From an uncultured Holophaga sp. (GTDB taxonomy: Bacteria; Acidobacteriota; Holophagae; Holophagales; Holophagaceae), in assembly GCA_963664825.1 (NCBI GenBank), contig OY761614.1, positions 2,560,001-2,624,000 on the forward strand: DNA of 64,000 nucleotides, given 5' to 3'. The notes under the pieces are model-generated. The model worked only from the letters and a program-made list of their open reading frames with translations, did no database searches and had not been told where the DNA came from. This document shows, piece after piece, positions 26,484 through 36,644 of this stretch. Within the stretch, counting starts at the first letter, position 1, and the number at the start of each line of letters is the position of its first letter. The position numbers and the translations under genes were made by a program.

Positions 26484-28115
26484 ATGCATCTGGAACGCCT
26501 GGAAATCGTGAACTTCCGCGGCATCGCGCGGCTTCGCCTGGAACTGGAACCGGATGCCACGGTGCTATTCGGGGAGAATGCCTGGGGGAAGACGAGTCTG
26601 GTGGAAGCGCTCCAGAGCACCCTGGGGGCCCGTCCCCTCACGGAAGAGGACTTCCATCGCCTGGCCAATGACCGGAGCACCATTGCCAAGCACATGAGCA
26701 TCACACTGGGCTTTCGCGGTGAACCGCCCCTGGAGCTGGAAGAAGCCGGATGGCGGGACGAGGCCAGGGACTTCCATCTGGCGCTCCAGTGGGCGGGCCG
26801 GCGTCTGGATCGGGGCCGGGCCCGGGTGCGGCGCCTCTTCCTGGGGCCCGAGGGGAAGGAACGGGTCCTTCCGGGGGGGGACGGGACCCCGCTGGTGGAC
26901 CGTTTCCTGAAGGACCATCCCCTGTACGTATTCCGGGAACTCCGCCTGGCCGATGGAATGCTGGCGCCTGCCCTGGCCCCGGATCTGGAGATGCACGAGG
27001 ATCCCGAAAAGGCCGTGGGCCGTGTCTTCGAGCGCCTCCTCTCGGTGCCTCACCAGGTGCATCCAGGGGAACTGGCCCGGGGACTCGAAGCGCTCAGACG
27101 TGTGGCGGAGCGCCGCCCGGAGCTCTTCCAGGCCCTCCTTCCCGCGGGAGCTCCCGGCTTTCGCCGGGCCACCGATATCGCAGAAATGCCCCTGGGGGTG
27201 CAGGACGGGAGATCCCTGGCGGACCTAGCCCAGCACGCCGGGTCGGGCATGAGGCAGGTAGCCCTCCTGGCGCTGATGGGGGCCATGCTCCAGGCGGAGG
27301 CCGCGGCGCCCCGCCGGGCGGGCTCTCAGCCCCTCCTGGTGCTGGAGGATCCCGAGACGCACCTGCATCCGATCCAGCTGGCCACCGCCTGGAATCTCGT
27401 CTCCCAGTTCCCCGTGCAAAAGCTGGTCAGCACCGCCAACGGGGCCCTCATGGCGGGAGTGCCCCTGCGCTCCCTGCGCCGCCTCGTGCGCCGCAGCAGC
27501 GATACAGCGGTATTCCCGGACCCTGAGGCATTCGCCATGGGCCCCACCGAGATCCGCCGGGTGGCCTTCCATGTGCGCACCCATAACGCCGATAGCCTCT
27601 TCGCCCGAGTGTGGCTCCTGGTGGAAGGGGAGACCGAGGCCTGGCTCCTGCCCGAACTGGCGCGGGTCTGGGGCCTCAATTTCCCCCTGGAGGGCATCCA
27701 CTGCGTGCCCTTCGCCCAGGCGGGCCTCGCCCCCCTCATCGCCTTCGCCGACCGCTTCGGCATTCCCTGGCACCTCATCGCCGATGGCGACGAGGCCGGT
27801 CGTCACTACATCGCCAAGGCACGCAGGCTCCTCCATCGCCGGGCGGAATCCAAGCACCTCACGGCCTTTCCGGACCGGGACCTGGAGCATTTCCTGTGGC
27901 GATCGGGCTATGAACCGGTCTACCGGCAAGCCGCGGGCCACGTGGCCCCCGGAGCCGATATGTCGGCGGTGATCCACCAGGCCCTGCGGGCTTCCTCTAA
28001 GCCTGGAATGGCCCTGGAAGTGGCCGAAGCGGCTGGCGCCAAGGGCCCCCAGGGCATCCCGCCCCTGCTGGGAAGGCTCTTCACGACCCTGCAGGACCAG
28101 GCCAAGAGGGCCTGA
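26484..28115 (+). CDS. OLD-family ATP-dependent endonuclease (YbjD-like; ABC ATPase + TOPRIM)
   Basis: NFRGI, Walker A GENAWGKTS, Walker B LVLEDPETHLHP, TOPRIM WLLVEGETE and DGD. Confidence 0.88.
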   Translation: MHLERLEIVNFRGIARLRLELEPDATVLFGENAWGKTSLVEALQSTLGARPLTEEDFHRLANDRSTIAKHMSITLGFRGEPPLELEEAGWRDEARDFHLALQWAGRRLDRGRARVRRLFLGPEGKERVLPGGDGTPLVDRFLKDHPLYVFRELRLADGMLAPALAPDLEMHEDPEKAVGRVFERLLSVPHQVHPGELARGLEALRRVAERRPELFQALLPAGAPGFRRATDIAEMPLGVQDGRSLADLAQHAGSGMRQVALLALMGAMLQAEAAAPRRAGSQPLLVLEDPETHLHPIQLATAWNLVSQFPVQKLVSTANGALMAGVPLRSLRRLVRRSSDTAVFPDPEAFAMGPTEIRRVAFHVRTHNADSLFARVWLLVEGETEAWLLPELARVWGLNFPLEGIHCVPFAQAGLAPLIAFADRFGIPWHLIADGDEAGRHYIAKARRLLHRRAESKHLTAFPDRDLEHFLWRSGYEPVYRQAAGHVAPGADMSAVIHQALRASSKPGMALEVAEAAGAKGPQGIPPLLGRLFTTLQDQAKRA

Positions 28116-28140
28116 AAACGCCCCAGGAGCTTGTTCGAGG

Positions 28141-31100
28141 TCACTTTTTCGCGAGGCCGGAGGGTGCTTTCTCCCCTGCACTTCCCGTCAGTCTTCGCCG
28201 CGCCAAGTATGCGCAGCTGGTAGGGTCGTTCAGGTCATCAAGGGCGTTGCGATTCCCTACCCGGGAATAGCAAACGCGGGCTGTTGCGGGTTCACCCAGC
28301 ACATCGGCGATCCGTCCGAACAGATACCAATCGGCGGGCCGGGGCGGCTCATCAATGGGGAATGCAGACTGGATGGCGTCCCGGGCGGCCCCAATCCGGC
28401 CGAGTTCCGCCAGAACACAGGCCTGAGTGTGTAGGCTCTCGTACGATTTGTATTGCTGGATGGCCTGTTCTGCCCATTCAGCGGTCTGCTCCGTCACTGT
28501 CTCTCGGCACACATCGTTCCATGCGAGGTTATTGAAGACATTCCCCTGGGCTTTTCCCTGGTGAATCATCGTCCTTAGAATTTGGTTACTATCCTCCAGG
28601 CGCCCTTGGCAATTGAGCAAGGATGTTTTCTGCAAGACGAGTTCCTCTGAATCGGGGTGGTTTTTTAGAGCCGTTGACACCAGGGTCAGCGCTTCGTCAA
28701 TCCGTTGGGCGTTCTTCAGCCAGCCGGCACGAGTCACAGTGGCTTTCGGCAGATCTGGGAAGAGCGCGAGGAGTTCGCGGCTGAGCACGTCGGTCCGCTT
28801 CATTGTTTCTGCCGTGGATGGTTGGGTCAGTAGGCACCGGAGAACGGCTGCACGGGGCGCAGGTTCGCGGACGGTCGACAGGGCCTGCTCCAGGACCCTT
28901 CGGCTGGGTTCGTGATTGTCGGCATAAAAAATCAGCAGAGCTGCGGCGAGGCGGGCCTCTTCAAGGCTGCCCTTCTTGCCTGTCGACCAGAAATGGGCAA
29001 CGGGGTGCCCCAGGAAGGGATCCTGGGCGGTCGGTTGTTTGACCATGCCTATGGCCCGATCGAGCCAAGCGCATGCGCCTTCCAGGTTGTCATGCTCGAC
29101 ATTCCAAAGGGCCTCACGGCCCAGTCGCGAGACTTGGTTCCCCCAGGCCACAAGGCGGTATTTCCCTTGATGATGGGAAACGAAAAGGGTCGAGGGAAAG
29201 GGGCTGGACTGGGGAAGCGTAAGGCGGTAACCCGTGTGATCCGAGCCATCTTGGCCAAATTCTGCCGTGGAGAAGGCTTCGTCCAAGCGCCGGTTCCGCC
29301 AGTCGCCGTTTCGTGGTGAGAGGTAATGGAAGGTTTTCCATGCTTTTTTCACTGCTTCAGCATCCTTGAGTTCTGGACGCTGGGCTGGACTGAGAAGGTC
29401 GAAGAAACGCTCCGGAGACAGGTCCCTAGCCAAGGTTCCCTTTGCAAAGGCCAGAATCGCTCCGGAAGGAGTCTTGGTATCGATTGGAACGGTTTCATAG
29501 TGTTTCAATCTAGGGCAGAGGAGTGCACGGGACTGAAGTTTGGCTGCTTCACCGGAAGTTCCAATGCCCTCGTTGGCCATGAGTCCGGCCTCCGGGTATC
29601 GACGGAGATTCATCAGGACCTCGGAGGCATTCTGGAAGGCTTGGCGGCGTACCTCGGGATCCTGATGAGTGCGGCGGGCCTCCTGGATGGCAACTGCACT
29701 TCCCTCGGCGCAGGCGTCCATGGCCACGATCCACCCGTTTCGATCCGCTGAGGGTTCCATGGCTTGGGCTGAATCCCGGGCCTCTTTCATGCGACCCATG
29801 CGTGCCAAGGCTTCAGTCAAATTAGCCTGAGCCTTTTCGTCCTTCCCAAGGTGGAGCTGGTCTTGGTAGAGCTTTACCACCTCTTCCATGTCGTTTGATG
29901 CACACCATGCGCCAGATTCGTCACAGGAGAGGAGGATGGCCAAGTCGATGCGTGCCGCCCGCTGGCCCGGCGCCAGTTCCATGGCCTTTCGCAGCTCCGC
30001 TGCGGCTCCGGCGCGGTCCCATCCCAGAGCGAAACGACGGCCGATCACGTCGTGTTCCAGAGTCCATCCGAGCTGGCGGTGGGCGTGTTCAGAGGAAGGT
30101 TCCAGGGTGATCGCGCGGCGTAGGGACTCCCGAGCGCTGTCCCCAAGGCCAGCCTGAAGTTGAGCCCGGCTCAGCCGGATGAGTGGCGCAGCGGAGGTTG
30201 GATGAGCGGCCACCAGGGCGCGGAATTCGGTCAGAGCCTCTTTGAATCGTCCGGCGTTGAGATGGGCTTCTCCCACTTGCTGGCAGACCAGGATCGGGGA
30301 TGGCTCTTCGCCGAAGGCCTTGAGGGATGTCCGCGCTGCGTCCACTTCCTTGGGGGTCCATCGCAGTTTTTCGCAGCTGAATCGAAAAGTAGCCTCTAAA
30401 TTCCCGTTCTCCTGCGCCTTCCAGGCTGTCGTGAGTCGCGCGGGACCGAATTCCAGGGTCTTGCATTCGGGCAGGGTCTCGGTGGCATAACCCTTCGGCA
30501 CGTGAATGGACCACCGCATCTCGGCAGCCCAGGCATGGGGGAGCAGAAGGTCGGTGCGGCGCGCTGGAACCTTGTCCTTGGCCGATCCTGTCTCCTGATT
30601 ATCCTCGGGCTCCTTCTCTCCCGGTTGTAGGTACTGGTTTAGGGTATTGACGAGAGACCATGGATTCAGGATCACCCTGGCATCCGTTGCAGATGTGGTG
30701 GCGATGCCGATTTCCTGGGCCTCGAGCACCAGACGGAACGGGTGATGGAGGTCCAGGGGATCCGTTAAGTCCATTCGCCCAAGGTGCTCCGATTGATAGG
30801 TGCTCTTGATGTATTTTTTCAGGTTTTCCCGGAGTGTGGCCGGGTCCGCACCCGTGAAGGCCCCGCGCAGGGAGATCTCGCTCGCGCCCACGGCCTCTGT
30901 AGTATCCACGACGCGACCCGGGCCGTCCTCGGCCAGGAACACCTCCCGGGTCTCGATCTGCCGGTTCCGTTCCATTTCCACGGCCGGGATCAGGACCGTT
31001 TCCTTCGTGTCCTTGGAGATTACGAGGGCTTTGCGACCGCAGTCGATGAGTGGCAGCGTGCCTGCACGAGCCTGGCTCGCAGAGGGGTCGATCCAGAGTG

Positions 31101-32340
31101 GGGAAGGGCCGGCCACGTGGACGATGGCGTGATTGAACGCCGCTAGACCGGGTAGCTCGGGGCTGAAGTCCCGGCCCTCTCCAGCGCGCAGTAGCGCCAC
31201 ATGGGCCTGGATGCCTGCCTCTCGAAGGAGGGCTACCAGCAAGGTGGACTTGTCTTTGCAATCCCCGTATCCGCGGCGCAGGGTTTCGGCAGGTGGCCTG
31301 GGTACGATGGCGGTCTCACCGAATTCGAGACCGATGTAGCGGACCTGTTTTTGAAGCCTGGCTAAGATGCGATCGATCACCTGAGTGCGTTCCTTTGCCT
31401 CTCCGATGGCTTCCGCGACCCAGGTCTTGAGACCCGTCCCTCGGATTTGGGCTTCCACGATTTCGCCGTATTCTGCAGCTACGGCGGCCCAAGATGGCGC
31501 AGTGGCGAGGGTCAGGGCTGGCCAGGGCTCCTGGTCCCATTCTTGGTAAGGTTCCCGGGCCTTCATCGGCAAAGTAAGGCCTTGTTCCACGCTGAGCCTG
31601 AGGCGCTTGCCGACCACCGATTGTTTCAATTGTTTTTCTGGGAGTCCCTGCAGGCTCCACTTCCGTGGCGCAGAAGCGGGGAGCTCCACGAGTACCCGGG
31701 AACACTGCACCGGAGCATTCCAGCAGAGGGGGATGTTCCGCCTGATGCCACTGTGAGAAAAGGGGCGGTGATCGCGGGTTCGGATTTCCACCTCAACGAT
31801 GGCTCCCACTTGGAGCTTGGGCAAGGGACCACGTAGAACCTTGTGATCCTGGAACATTTCTGGGGATTCGCTGTTGGGCTGGACTTCTCCGATGGTGGTG
31901 GGGTCCAGGAGGTGCTCGTCCCCGTCGGGCGTGATGACCCGGGCGCGAATGATCGGCCGTTCCTCCAACCATGGCAACCATCCGGCCTGCACGATCCCCC
32001 AACCCTGGATGGCCGATTCACGTTCCAGCCTGAAAATGTAGCGATAGACGGCCGTTGCCCGGCCTGCCTCGTCATAGCTGATAAAGTTGTCCTCTAAAAG
32101 CTGTATCGCACTGTATCGTGCTCCAACAGGAATCGTGGCCGCGATCCTGATGAGTTCCGCCGCATCGACTGAGAAGGCTTCCGTTTCCAAGAGCCTGTGG
32201 ATGCCTGGCGATGCTGCAGATGAAAGAGCCTGTCCGGGCCCGGAATGGGCGGATATCGCAGCGGTTGGCATGGCTCCAACCAGCACGAGACCCAGACAGA
32301 GGGACGGCAGAGATTGGAATGGCGTACAGGAACGCGACAT
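28141..32340 (-). CDS. Large exported DUF3857-like + transglutaminase + TPR-repeat protein
   Basis: 1399 aa; signal peptide; VRYIGLEFG...GDCKDK...FNHAIV...WIDPS triad; TPR-like helices in the C-terminal half (NNLAW). Confidence 0.82.
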   Translation of the reverse strand: MSRSCTPFQSLPSLCLGLVLVGAMPTAAISAHSGPGQALSSAASPGIHRLLETEAFSVDAAELIRIAATIPVGARYSAIQLLEDNFISYDEAGRATAVYRYIFRLERESAIQGWGIVQAGWLPWLEERPIIRARVITPDGDEHLLDPTTIGEVQPNSESPEMFQDHKVLRGPLPKLQVGAIVEVEIRTRDHRPFSHSGIRRNIPLCWNAPVQCSRVLVELPASAPRKWSLQGLPEKQLKQSVVGKRLRLSVEQGLTLPMKAREPYQEWDQEPWPALTLATAPSWAAVAAEYGEIVEAQIRGTGLKTWVAEAIGEAKERTQVIDRILARLQKQVRYIGLEFGETAIVPRPPAETLRRGYGDCKDKSTLLVALLREAGIQAHVALLRAGEGRDFSPELPGLAAFNHAIVHVAGPSPLWIDPSASQARAGTLPLIDCGRKALVISKDTKETVLIPAVEMERNRQIETREVFLAEDGPGRVVDTTEAVGASEISLRGAFTGADPATLRENLKKYIKSTYQSEHLGRMDLTDPLDLHHPFRLVLEAQEIGIATTSATDARVILNPWSLVNTLNQYLQPGEKEPEDNQETGSAKDKVPARRTDLLLPHAWAAEMRWSIHVPKGYATETLPECKTLEFGPARLTTAWKAQENGNLEATFRFSCEKLRWTPKEVDAARTSLKAFGEEPSPILVCQQVGEAHLNAGRFKEALTEFRALVAAHPTSAAPLIRLSRAQLQAGLGDSARESLRRAITLEPSSEHAHRQLGWTLEHDVIGRRFALGWDRAGAAAELRKAMELAPGQRAARIDLAILLSCDESGAWCASNDMEEVVKLYQDQLHLGKDEKAQANLTEALARMGRMKEARDSAQAMEPSADRNGWIVAMDACAEGSAVAIQEARRTHQDPEVRRQAFQNASEVLMNLRRYPEAGLMANEGIGTSGEAAKLQSRALLCPRLKHYETVPIDTKTPSGAILAFAKGTLARDLSPERFFDLLSPAQRPELKDAEAVKKAWKTFHYLSPRNGDWRNRRLDEAFSTAEFGQDGSDHTGYRLTLPQSSPFPSTLFVSHHQGKYRLVAWGNQVSRLGREALWNVEHDNLEGACAWLDRAIGMVKQPTAQDPFLGHPVAHFWSTGKKGSLEEARLAAALLIFYADNHEPSRRVLEQALSTVREPAPRAAVLRCLLTQPSTAETMKRTDVLSRELLALFPDLPKATVTRAGWLKNAQRIDEALTLVSTALKNHPDSEELVLQKTSLLNCQGRLEDSNQILRTMIHQGKAQGNVFNNLAWNDVCRETVTEQTAEWAEQAIQQYKSYESLHTQACVLAELGRIGAARDAIQSAFPIDEPPRPADWYLFGRIADVLGEPATARVCYSRVGNRNALDDLNDPTSCAYLARRRLTGSAGEKAPSGLAKK

Positions 32341-32551
32341 GAATACTCCGTTGGAGCCGTGATCGTAGATGATGTTTTAATTTTCCCTAATGGCGCAAGA
32401 TGACGCAAGGCTAGTTTTTGCGGGGGTTGTGGTTTGATCCCTCATTGGGGAAGTTTGCCTCTGCTGCAGAATGTCTGGCCCTCGGACCTTTGGTCCACAG
32501 CGCCGCATTGTGGAATCTGCCTAGCTCCTGGTTCGACAAAAATGGCTAGGC

Positions 32552-33127
32552 TTATTCCCTGCCCGCTCGTGCCAGCAGAGCCTCGAAGGCCTTCCACACC
32601 CGGGCCCGCGCCGAAGGATCCCGCAGGACGCGAGAGGCATGGTGATAGGCCAGCGTGATGGCCCGGTATTCGAAGACGAGCTGTTCGAGATCGGCCCCCT
32701 GGGGTGCGAGGGCGCGGAACTGGCCCACGGTCCAGGCCTGGGTGGCCACCTGGCGGGCCACCAGGGCCTCCCGGGGGGCGCCCTCCCGGTCATCGAGTTC
32801 GAAGCAGGCGCCCATGATGGGGCAGCCACCGGGGAGGGCGGGATCGTCCACCCAGTCCAGGGTCACCTGAAGGAGGGCCCGCAGACTCTCGGCGCCCGTA
32901 GTGGCAGCTTCCACGGGGCCCATGCGCTCCCGGAAACGCGCACCCGTGTGTTCCAGCACCGCCACCTGGAGGGCTTCCTTGGAACCGAAATGGGCGAAGA
33001 GCCCGCTCTTGGAAAGGGAGAGGGCCGTGGCCAGCCCGCCGATGCTGAGGCCCTCCAGCCCATCCCGGCTGGCGATGCGCATGGCCTCATCCAGGATGCG
33101 CTCCCGGGTCATGGCGCCCTTGCCCAT
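32552..33127 (-). CDS. TetR/AcrR-family transcriptional regulator
   Basis: TRERILDEA...GLSIGGLATALSLSKSGLFAHFGSKEALQ; GGCP motif. Confidence 0.93.
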   Translation of the reverse strand: MGKGAMTRERILDEAMRIASRDGLEGLSIGGLATALSLSKSGLFAHFGSKEALQVAVLEHTGARFRERMGPVEAATTGAESLRALLQVTLDWVDDPALPGGCPIMGACFELDDREGAPREALVARQVATQAWTVGQFRALAPQGADLEQLVFEYRAITLAYHHASRVLRDPSARARVWKAFEALLARAGRE

Positions 33128-33180
33128 GGAATCTCCTCCCAAAAAGAGTATTGCCGAAGGGCAGATGGGAGGGTAAAACA

Positions 33181-33198
33181 AAACGAACGATCGTGCTA
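33181..33198. promoter_or_regulatory. Candidate TetR operator in the divergent tetR/cupin promoter
   Basis: aaacgaACGATCGTgcta: palindromic core between the two start codons. Confidence 0.45.
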
Positions 33199-33249
33199 AA
33201 ATATAGCCGATCCCACCGCGGAACCCTCCGCCTTTTTCAAGGAGCCGCC

Positions 33250-33702
33250 ATGGCCCGCACACCTCAAGACATCCTGAGCCGCCCGCACGTCACCGGCGCT
33301 GAATTCGGCGCACCCAGTGAATGGCAGGAGTTCGGCTACACCCATCCTCGCCTGGGGGAGGTGAAGGGAAAGGCCTTCCTGAAAGAGACGCTCGGCCTCT
33401 CCTCGATGGAAGTCTCCCTCAATTCCCTGCCCGGGGGGGCTTCCGTGCCCTTCCTCCACGCCCATCATCAAAATGAGGAGCTGTATCTCTTCCTGAGCGG
33501 GGAGGGGGAGTTCCAGGTGGATGAGGACCGCTTTCCCGTCTCGGCCGGTTCCGCCCTGCGGGTCGCGCCGGAGGGGATGCGAGCTTGGCGCTCCACCGGC
33601 GCCGAACCCCTCACCTTCCTGGTGATCCAGGCCAAGGCCGGGAGCCTGGAACAGGCCACGGGCCAGGACGGCATCCTGGGCCCGGAGGCCCCTCGCTGGT
33701 GA
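33250..33702 (+). CDS. Cupin domain protein
   Basis: PFLHAHHQNEELYLFLSGEGEFQVD. Confidence 0.88.
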   Translation: MARTPQDILSRPHVTGAEFGAPSEWQEFGYTHPRLGEVKGKAFLKETLGLSSMEVSLNSLPGGASVPFLHAHHQNEELYLFLSGEGEFQVDEDRFPVSAGSALRVAPEGMRAWRSTGAEPLTFLVIQAKAGSLEQATGQDGILGPEAPRW

Positions 33703-33709
33703 GGGAAGC

Positions 33710-34447
33710 TCAGGCGAGCATCCTGTGGAGCACCTCGTAGCTGCCCACGCGCCCCCCTAGTTCCCGCAGCAGGCGCCCCCGCAGGAGCTCGGTGATGGCG
33801 CGGCTGGCCTCGCTGCTTCCGGGGTCCGGGGCCTCCTCGGCCCCGGTGGTGCGGAGCAGGCGCAGGTGTTCCCGTGTGCCCGGCGGAAGCGATTCCGAAG
33901 GGTCCACCGGTGTGCAGGCGGCGCAGCGCCATCCGTGTTCTTCGGTCAGCATCACCAGGGGGGCGGCGTCCCCGCCGCAGTAGCCGCAGGTGCGGGGATG
34001 GGGCAGCAGCCCCAGGCAGTGGAGGAGCCAGTGTTCTGCGTAGGCCAAGACGGCCATGGCGCGATCGGGATTGGCCTTGATGGCCCGGCCGCAGGCCGAG
34101 AGCAGGCGGAAGAGCCGGTCGTCCTCGACCCCCTCCTTGGCCACTCGGTCGAAGAGATCGGCTAGGCAGGCCACCACGAGATTGGATTCCAGATGTCCCA
34201 GGATCAGGGGCGTGTGCTGGAGTTCGCAGCGGGTGATGCGGCGGACCTCCACGTGTTCCTTCCCGAAGAAACTCACCCGCACCAGTCCCATGGGCTCAAA
34301 GGAGGAGACCCATTTGGCCGTGGGCTTCTTGGCGCCCCTGGCCAGCCCCACCAGACGTTCGCCGTGCTCGGTGAGGAACGATACGATCAGCCCGCCCTCC
34401 TGGAAGGGCGTGGGGCGGAGGACGATGGCATCGAGGGTGCGGATCAT
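33710..34447 (-). CDS. recO: DNA repair protein RecO
   Basis: AIVLR...IVSFLTEHGE...ARGAKK OB-fold; CGYC / CAAC zinc motif. Confidence 0.85.
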   Translation of the reverse strand: MIRTLDAIVLRPTPFQEGGLIVSFLTEHGERLVGLARGAKKPTAKWVSSFEPMGLVRVSFFGKEHVEVRRITRCELQHTPLILGHLESNLVVACLADLFDRVAKEGVEDDRLFRLLSACGRAIKANPDRAMAVLAYAEHWLLHCLGLLPHPRTCGYCGGDAAPLVMLTEEHGWRCAACTPVDPSESLPPGTREHLRLLRTTGAEEAPDPGSSEASRAITELLRGRLLRELGGRVGSYEVLHRMLA

Positions 34448-34498
34448 GGCCCCCTCAGTGTGACGGCTTCCCCGCTACCCTGGAGCCCGGAGCTTTGC

Positions 34499-36244
34499 AT
34501 GGTCTTCGTCCCCCGGGTGCTGGTGTGTCTATTCCTCCTTGTCTCCTGGGCCTTCGCCCAGGAAACGGTGCGTTTTCGCATCTGGATGGGGGGCCAGGAG
34601 GTGGGCTCGCGGGAGCTGATCCGCGGGAAATCCGGGGCGGGGGAGAGCCTCCAGACCCGGGAGTGGATCCGCCTGGAGCGCCAGGGCATGGCCGTGGAAC
34701 AGAGGGTGGAGGAGACCGCTTCCAAGGCCACGGACGGGGGCTTGGAATTCACCTGGTCCATCCGGCTCTCCCAGGAGCCCATGGAGGGGCGCGCCCTCTG
34801 GAGCCCGGCCGATCCCAAGCGGATCCATATCCTTTCCAGGAATCTGCCCGAACGTGTGCTCGATCTCCAGGAGGGATGGCTGCTCTGGCCCGGCGACCAG
34901 GAGGCGCGGATGCGCCAGGCCGCAGGGGCCCGGCGCGCCCTTTCCCTCAAGGGCTTTCTCCCCTCCATGCAGCAGGCGACCGAACTGGAACTCCAGGTGA
35001 TCGGAGCCGATGCCCTGCCGGGATTCCCCGACGCCGTGCGCTTCAAGGGTTGCAGCCGCGAAGGGGCCAGTCAGTCCGAGATGGAGATGTGGATCTCCCC
35101 GACCCAAGGCGAAGTGAAGGAAATCAGCAATCTCGGGGGCATTCCCCTCCTGGTGCAGCGGGCCGAAATGCCGGGTCCCGGGGGGCCGAGGCCGGGCGTG
35201 GGCTTTTTCGAACAGACCCTGAAGACCCTGCCTCCCCATCCCTTCCTGCCCTGGATCTCTCGGGCCACCCTGCGCTGGGAGGGCAGGGGCGAACAGAAGC
35301 TCCCCGAGGACCCTCAGCAGAAAAACGTGGGACCTGGGCGGATGGAGCTGGTCCGCGCCGCACTGCCGAATCCTCTGGAGGCCCTGGAACCTCCGGTGAA
35401 GGGGCTTCCAAAGGCTTCAGAGGCGCCCTTCCTCGCGCCCTCGCCGTTGCTCCAGTTCCAGGATCCCGCCTTCGAGGGCCTGCTGGCGCGGCTGCGGGCG
35501 CCGGAAGGGGCCTCCCGCTGGGAACTGGCCCGCAGGGTGAACCGCTTCGTCTTCGACTGGATCACCGAGAAGAACTACACCGTGGGTTTCGCCTCGGCTC
35601 TGGAAGTGGCCCACACGCCCAAGGGCGATTGCACGGAGCACGGCGTGCTCGCCGTGGCTCTGCTCCGCAGGCTGGGCGTTCCCTCCCGGGGTGTGGTGGG
35701 CTGGATCGGCGCGGGGGGCGTCATGGGGCTGCACTTCTGGGTGGAGGTGGAGCTGGCGGGCCGCTGGGTGCCCATCGATCCCACCTTCGACGAGGCCCCG
35801 GCCTCGACCCTTCACCTCAAGCTGGGGACCACCGATCTGGCCGATCTGGGCAGCGTGGGCTGGGATACGGCGGCCACGCGCCTCGCCGACGGGAGCTGGG
35901 TGCCAGAGGGGGAATGGCCGCGGGGCATCCAGATCGCGGGAGACCGGGTGTATGGGCCGGAGGGTCTGGGGCTGGCCCTTCCGGGCGCCGCTTGGAAGTT
36001 GCACAAGGGCGCGCTTTCCCTGATCTGGCGGGGCACGCATGAGATGGAGGCCGTGCCCCATCCTTCGGCGGCTTCCTTGAGGGGGGCCAAGGCCTTCCTG
36101 AGTGCGCATCGCGGATGGTGGCTGGGGGCTGCGCGGATGTTCTGGATCCAGTTGGACGAGGCCAGGTGGCTCCGCGTTTCGGATATCGAGGAACGGGATG
36201 CCTTGGCCCTGTTGGATCAGCTGGAAACTCTGCCGCCGCTGTGA
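34499..36244 (+). CDS. Exported transglutaminase-like domain protein
   Basis: Signal peptide; GDCTEH, HFWVEV, WVPIDPT catalytic triad. Confidence 0.82.
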   Translation: MVFVPRVLVCLFLLVSWAFAQETVRFRIWMGGQEVGSRELIRGKSGAGESLQTREWIRLERQGMAVEQRVEETASKATDGGLEFTWSIRLSQEPMEGRALWSPADPKRIHILSRNLPERVLDLQEGWLLWPGDQEARMRQAAGARRALSLKGFLPSMQQATELELQVIGADALPGFPDAVRFKGCSREGASQSEMEMWISPTQGEVKEISNLGGIPLLVQRAEMPGPGGPRPGVGFFEQTLKTLPPHPFLPWISRATLRWEGRGEQKLPEDPQQKNVGPGRMELVRAALPNPLEALEPPVKGLPKASEAPFLAPSPLLQFQDPAFEGLLARLRAPEGASRWELARRVNRFVFDWITEKNYTVGFASALEVAHTPKGDCTEHGVLAVALLRRLGVPSRGVVGWIGAGGVMGLHFWVEVELAGRWVPIDPTFDEAPASTLHLKLGTTDLADLGSVGWDTAATRLADGSWVPEGEWPRGIQIAGDRVYGPEGLGLALPGAAWKLHKGALSLIWRGTHEMEAVPHPSAASLRGAKAFLSAHRGWWLGAARMFWIQLDEARWLRVSDIEERDALALLDQLETLPPL

Positions 36245-36269
36245 TTCGGCAGTTTCTTTTCCCGAAGGC

Positions 36270-36437
36270 CTATTCCAGGTATTCCCGCCCCACCCACCGG
36301 GCCGCCCAGAGGCCCACGCCGCTGAGGATGCCGCTCAGCACCACGGCGGTGGTGATGCCCACGAAGGCGCCGAGCCACCATCCGACCCAGCCGCCGATGG
36401 TGAGGCCGATGAAGCCGAAGATGCCGCGCAGGTTCAT
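36270..36437 (-). CDS. Small two-TM membrane protein
   Basis: 55 aa MNLRGIFGFIGLTIGGWVGWWLG...; starts 1 nt after the upstream stop. Confidence 0.65.
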   Translation of the reverse strand: MNLRGIFGFIGLTIGGWVGWWLGAFVGITTAVVLSGILSGVGLWAARWVGREYLE

Positions 36438-36438
36438 C

Positions 36439-36636
36439 TCAGGGCTTCCCTTGATCCCGGCAGAAGGCCCCATAGCTGCGATCCCAGAGGGCCTCGCCTT
36501 CCTTGGTGAAGAGGCATCCGGGCACCTCCCGTTTGCGGCGATGCCTGGCGATGCAGGCGCAGCAGTGGCCGTGATGGGGGCAATCCCCATAGGTGCAGGT
36601 GCAGTCCTTCGTGTTGGCTTCCAGGGTGCATTCCAT
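36439..36636 (-). CDS. Small Cys-rich protein (DUF6485-like)
   Basis: MEC...CTCTY..C...GHCCACIARH...PGCLF...DRS. Confidence 0.75.
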   Translation of the reverse strand: MECTLEANTKDCTCTYGDCPHHGHCCACIARHRRKREVPGCLFTKEGEALWDRSYGAFCRDQGKP

Positions 36637-36644
36637 GGCGATCC

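Noticed and set aside
26484..32340. Gabija or retron-associated OLD system
   Set aside because: No UvrD helicase or reverse transcriptase; the neighbour is a convergent exported protein
32519..32551. Short inverted repeat gcctagc...gctaggc as an IS end
   Set aside because: Only 7 bp, with no transposase or target duplication; could be chance or a weak terminator
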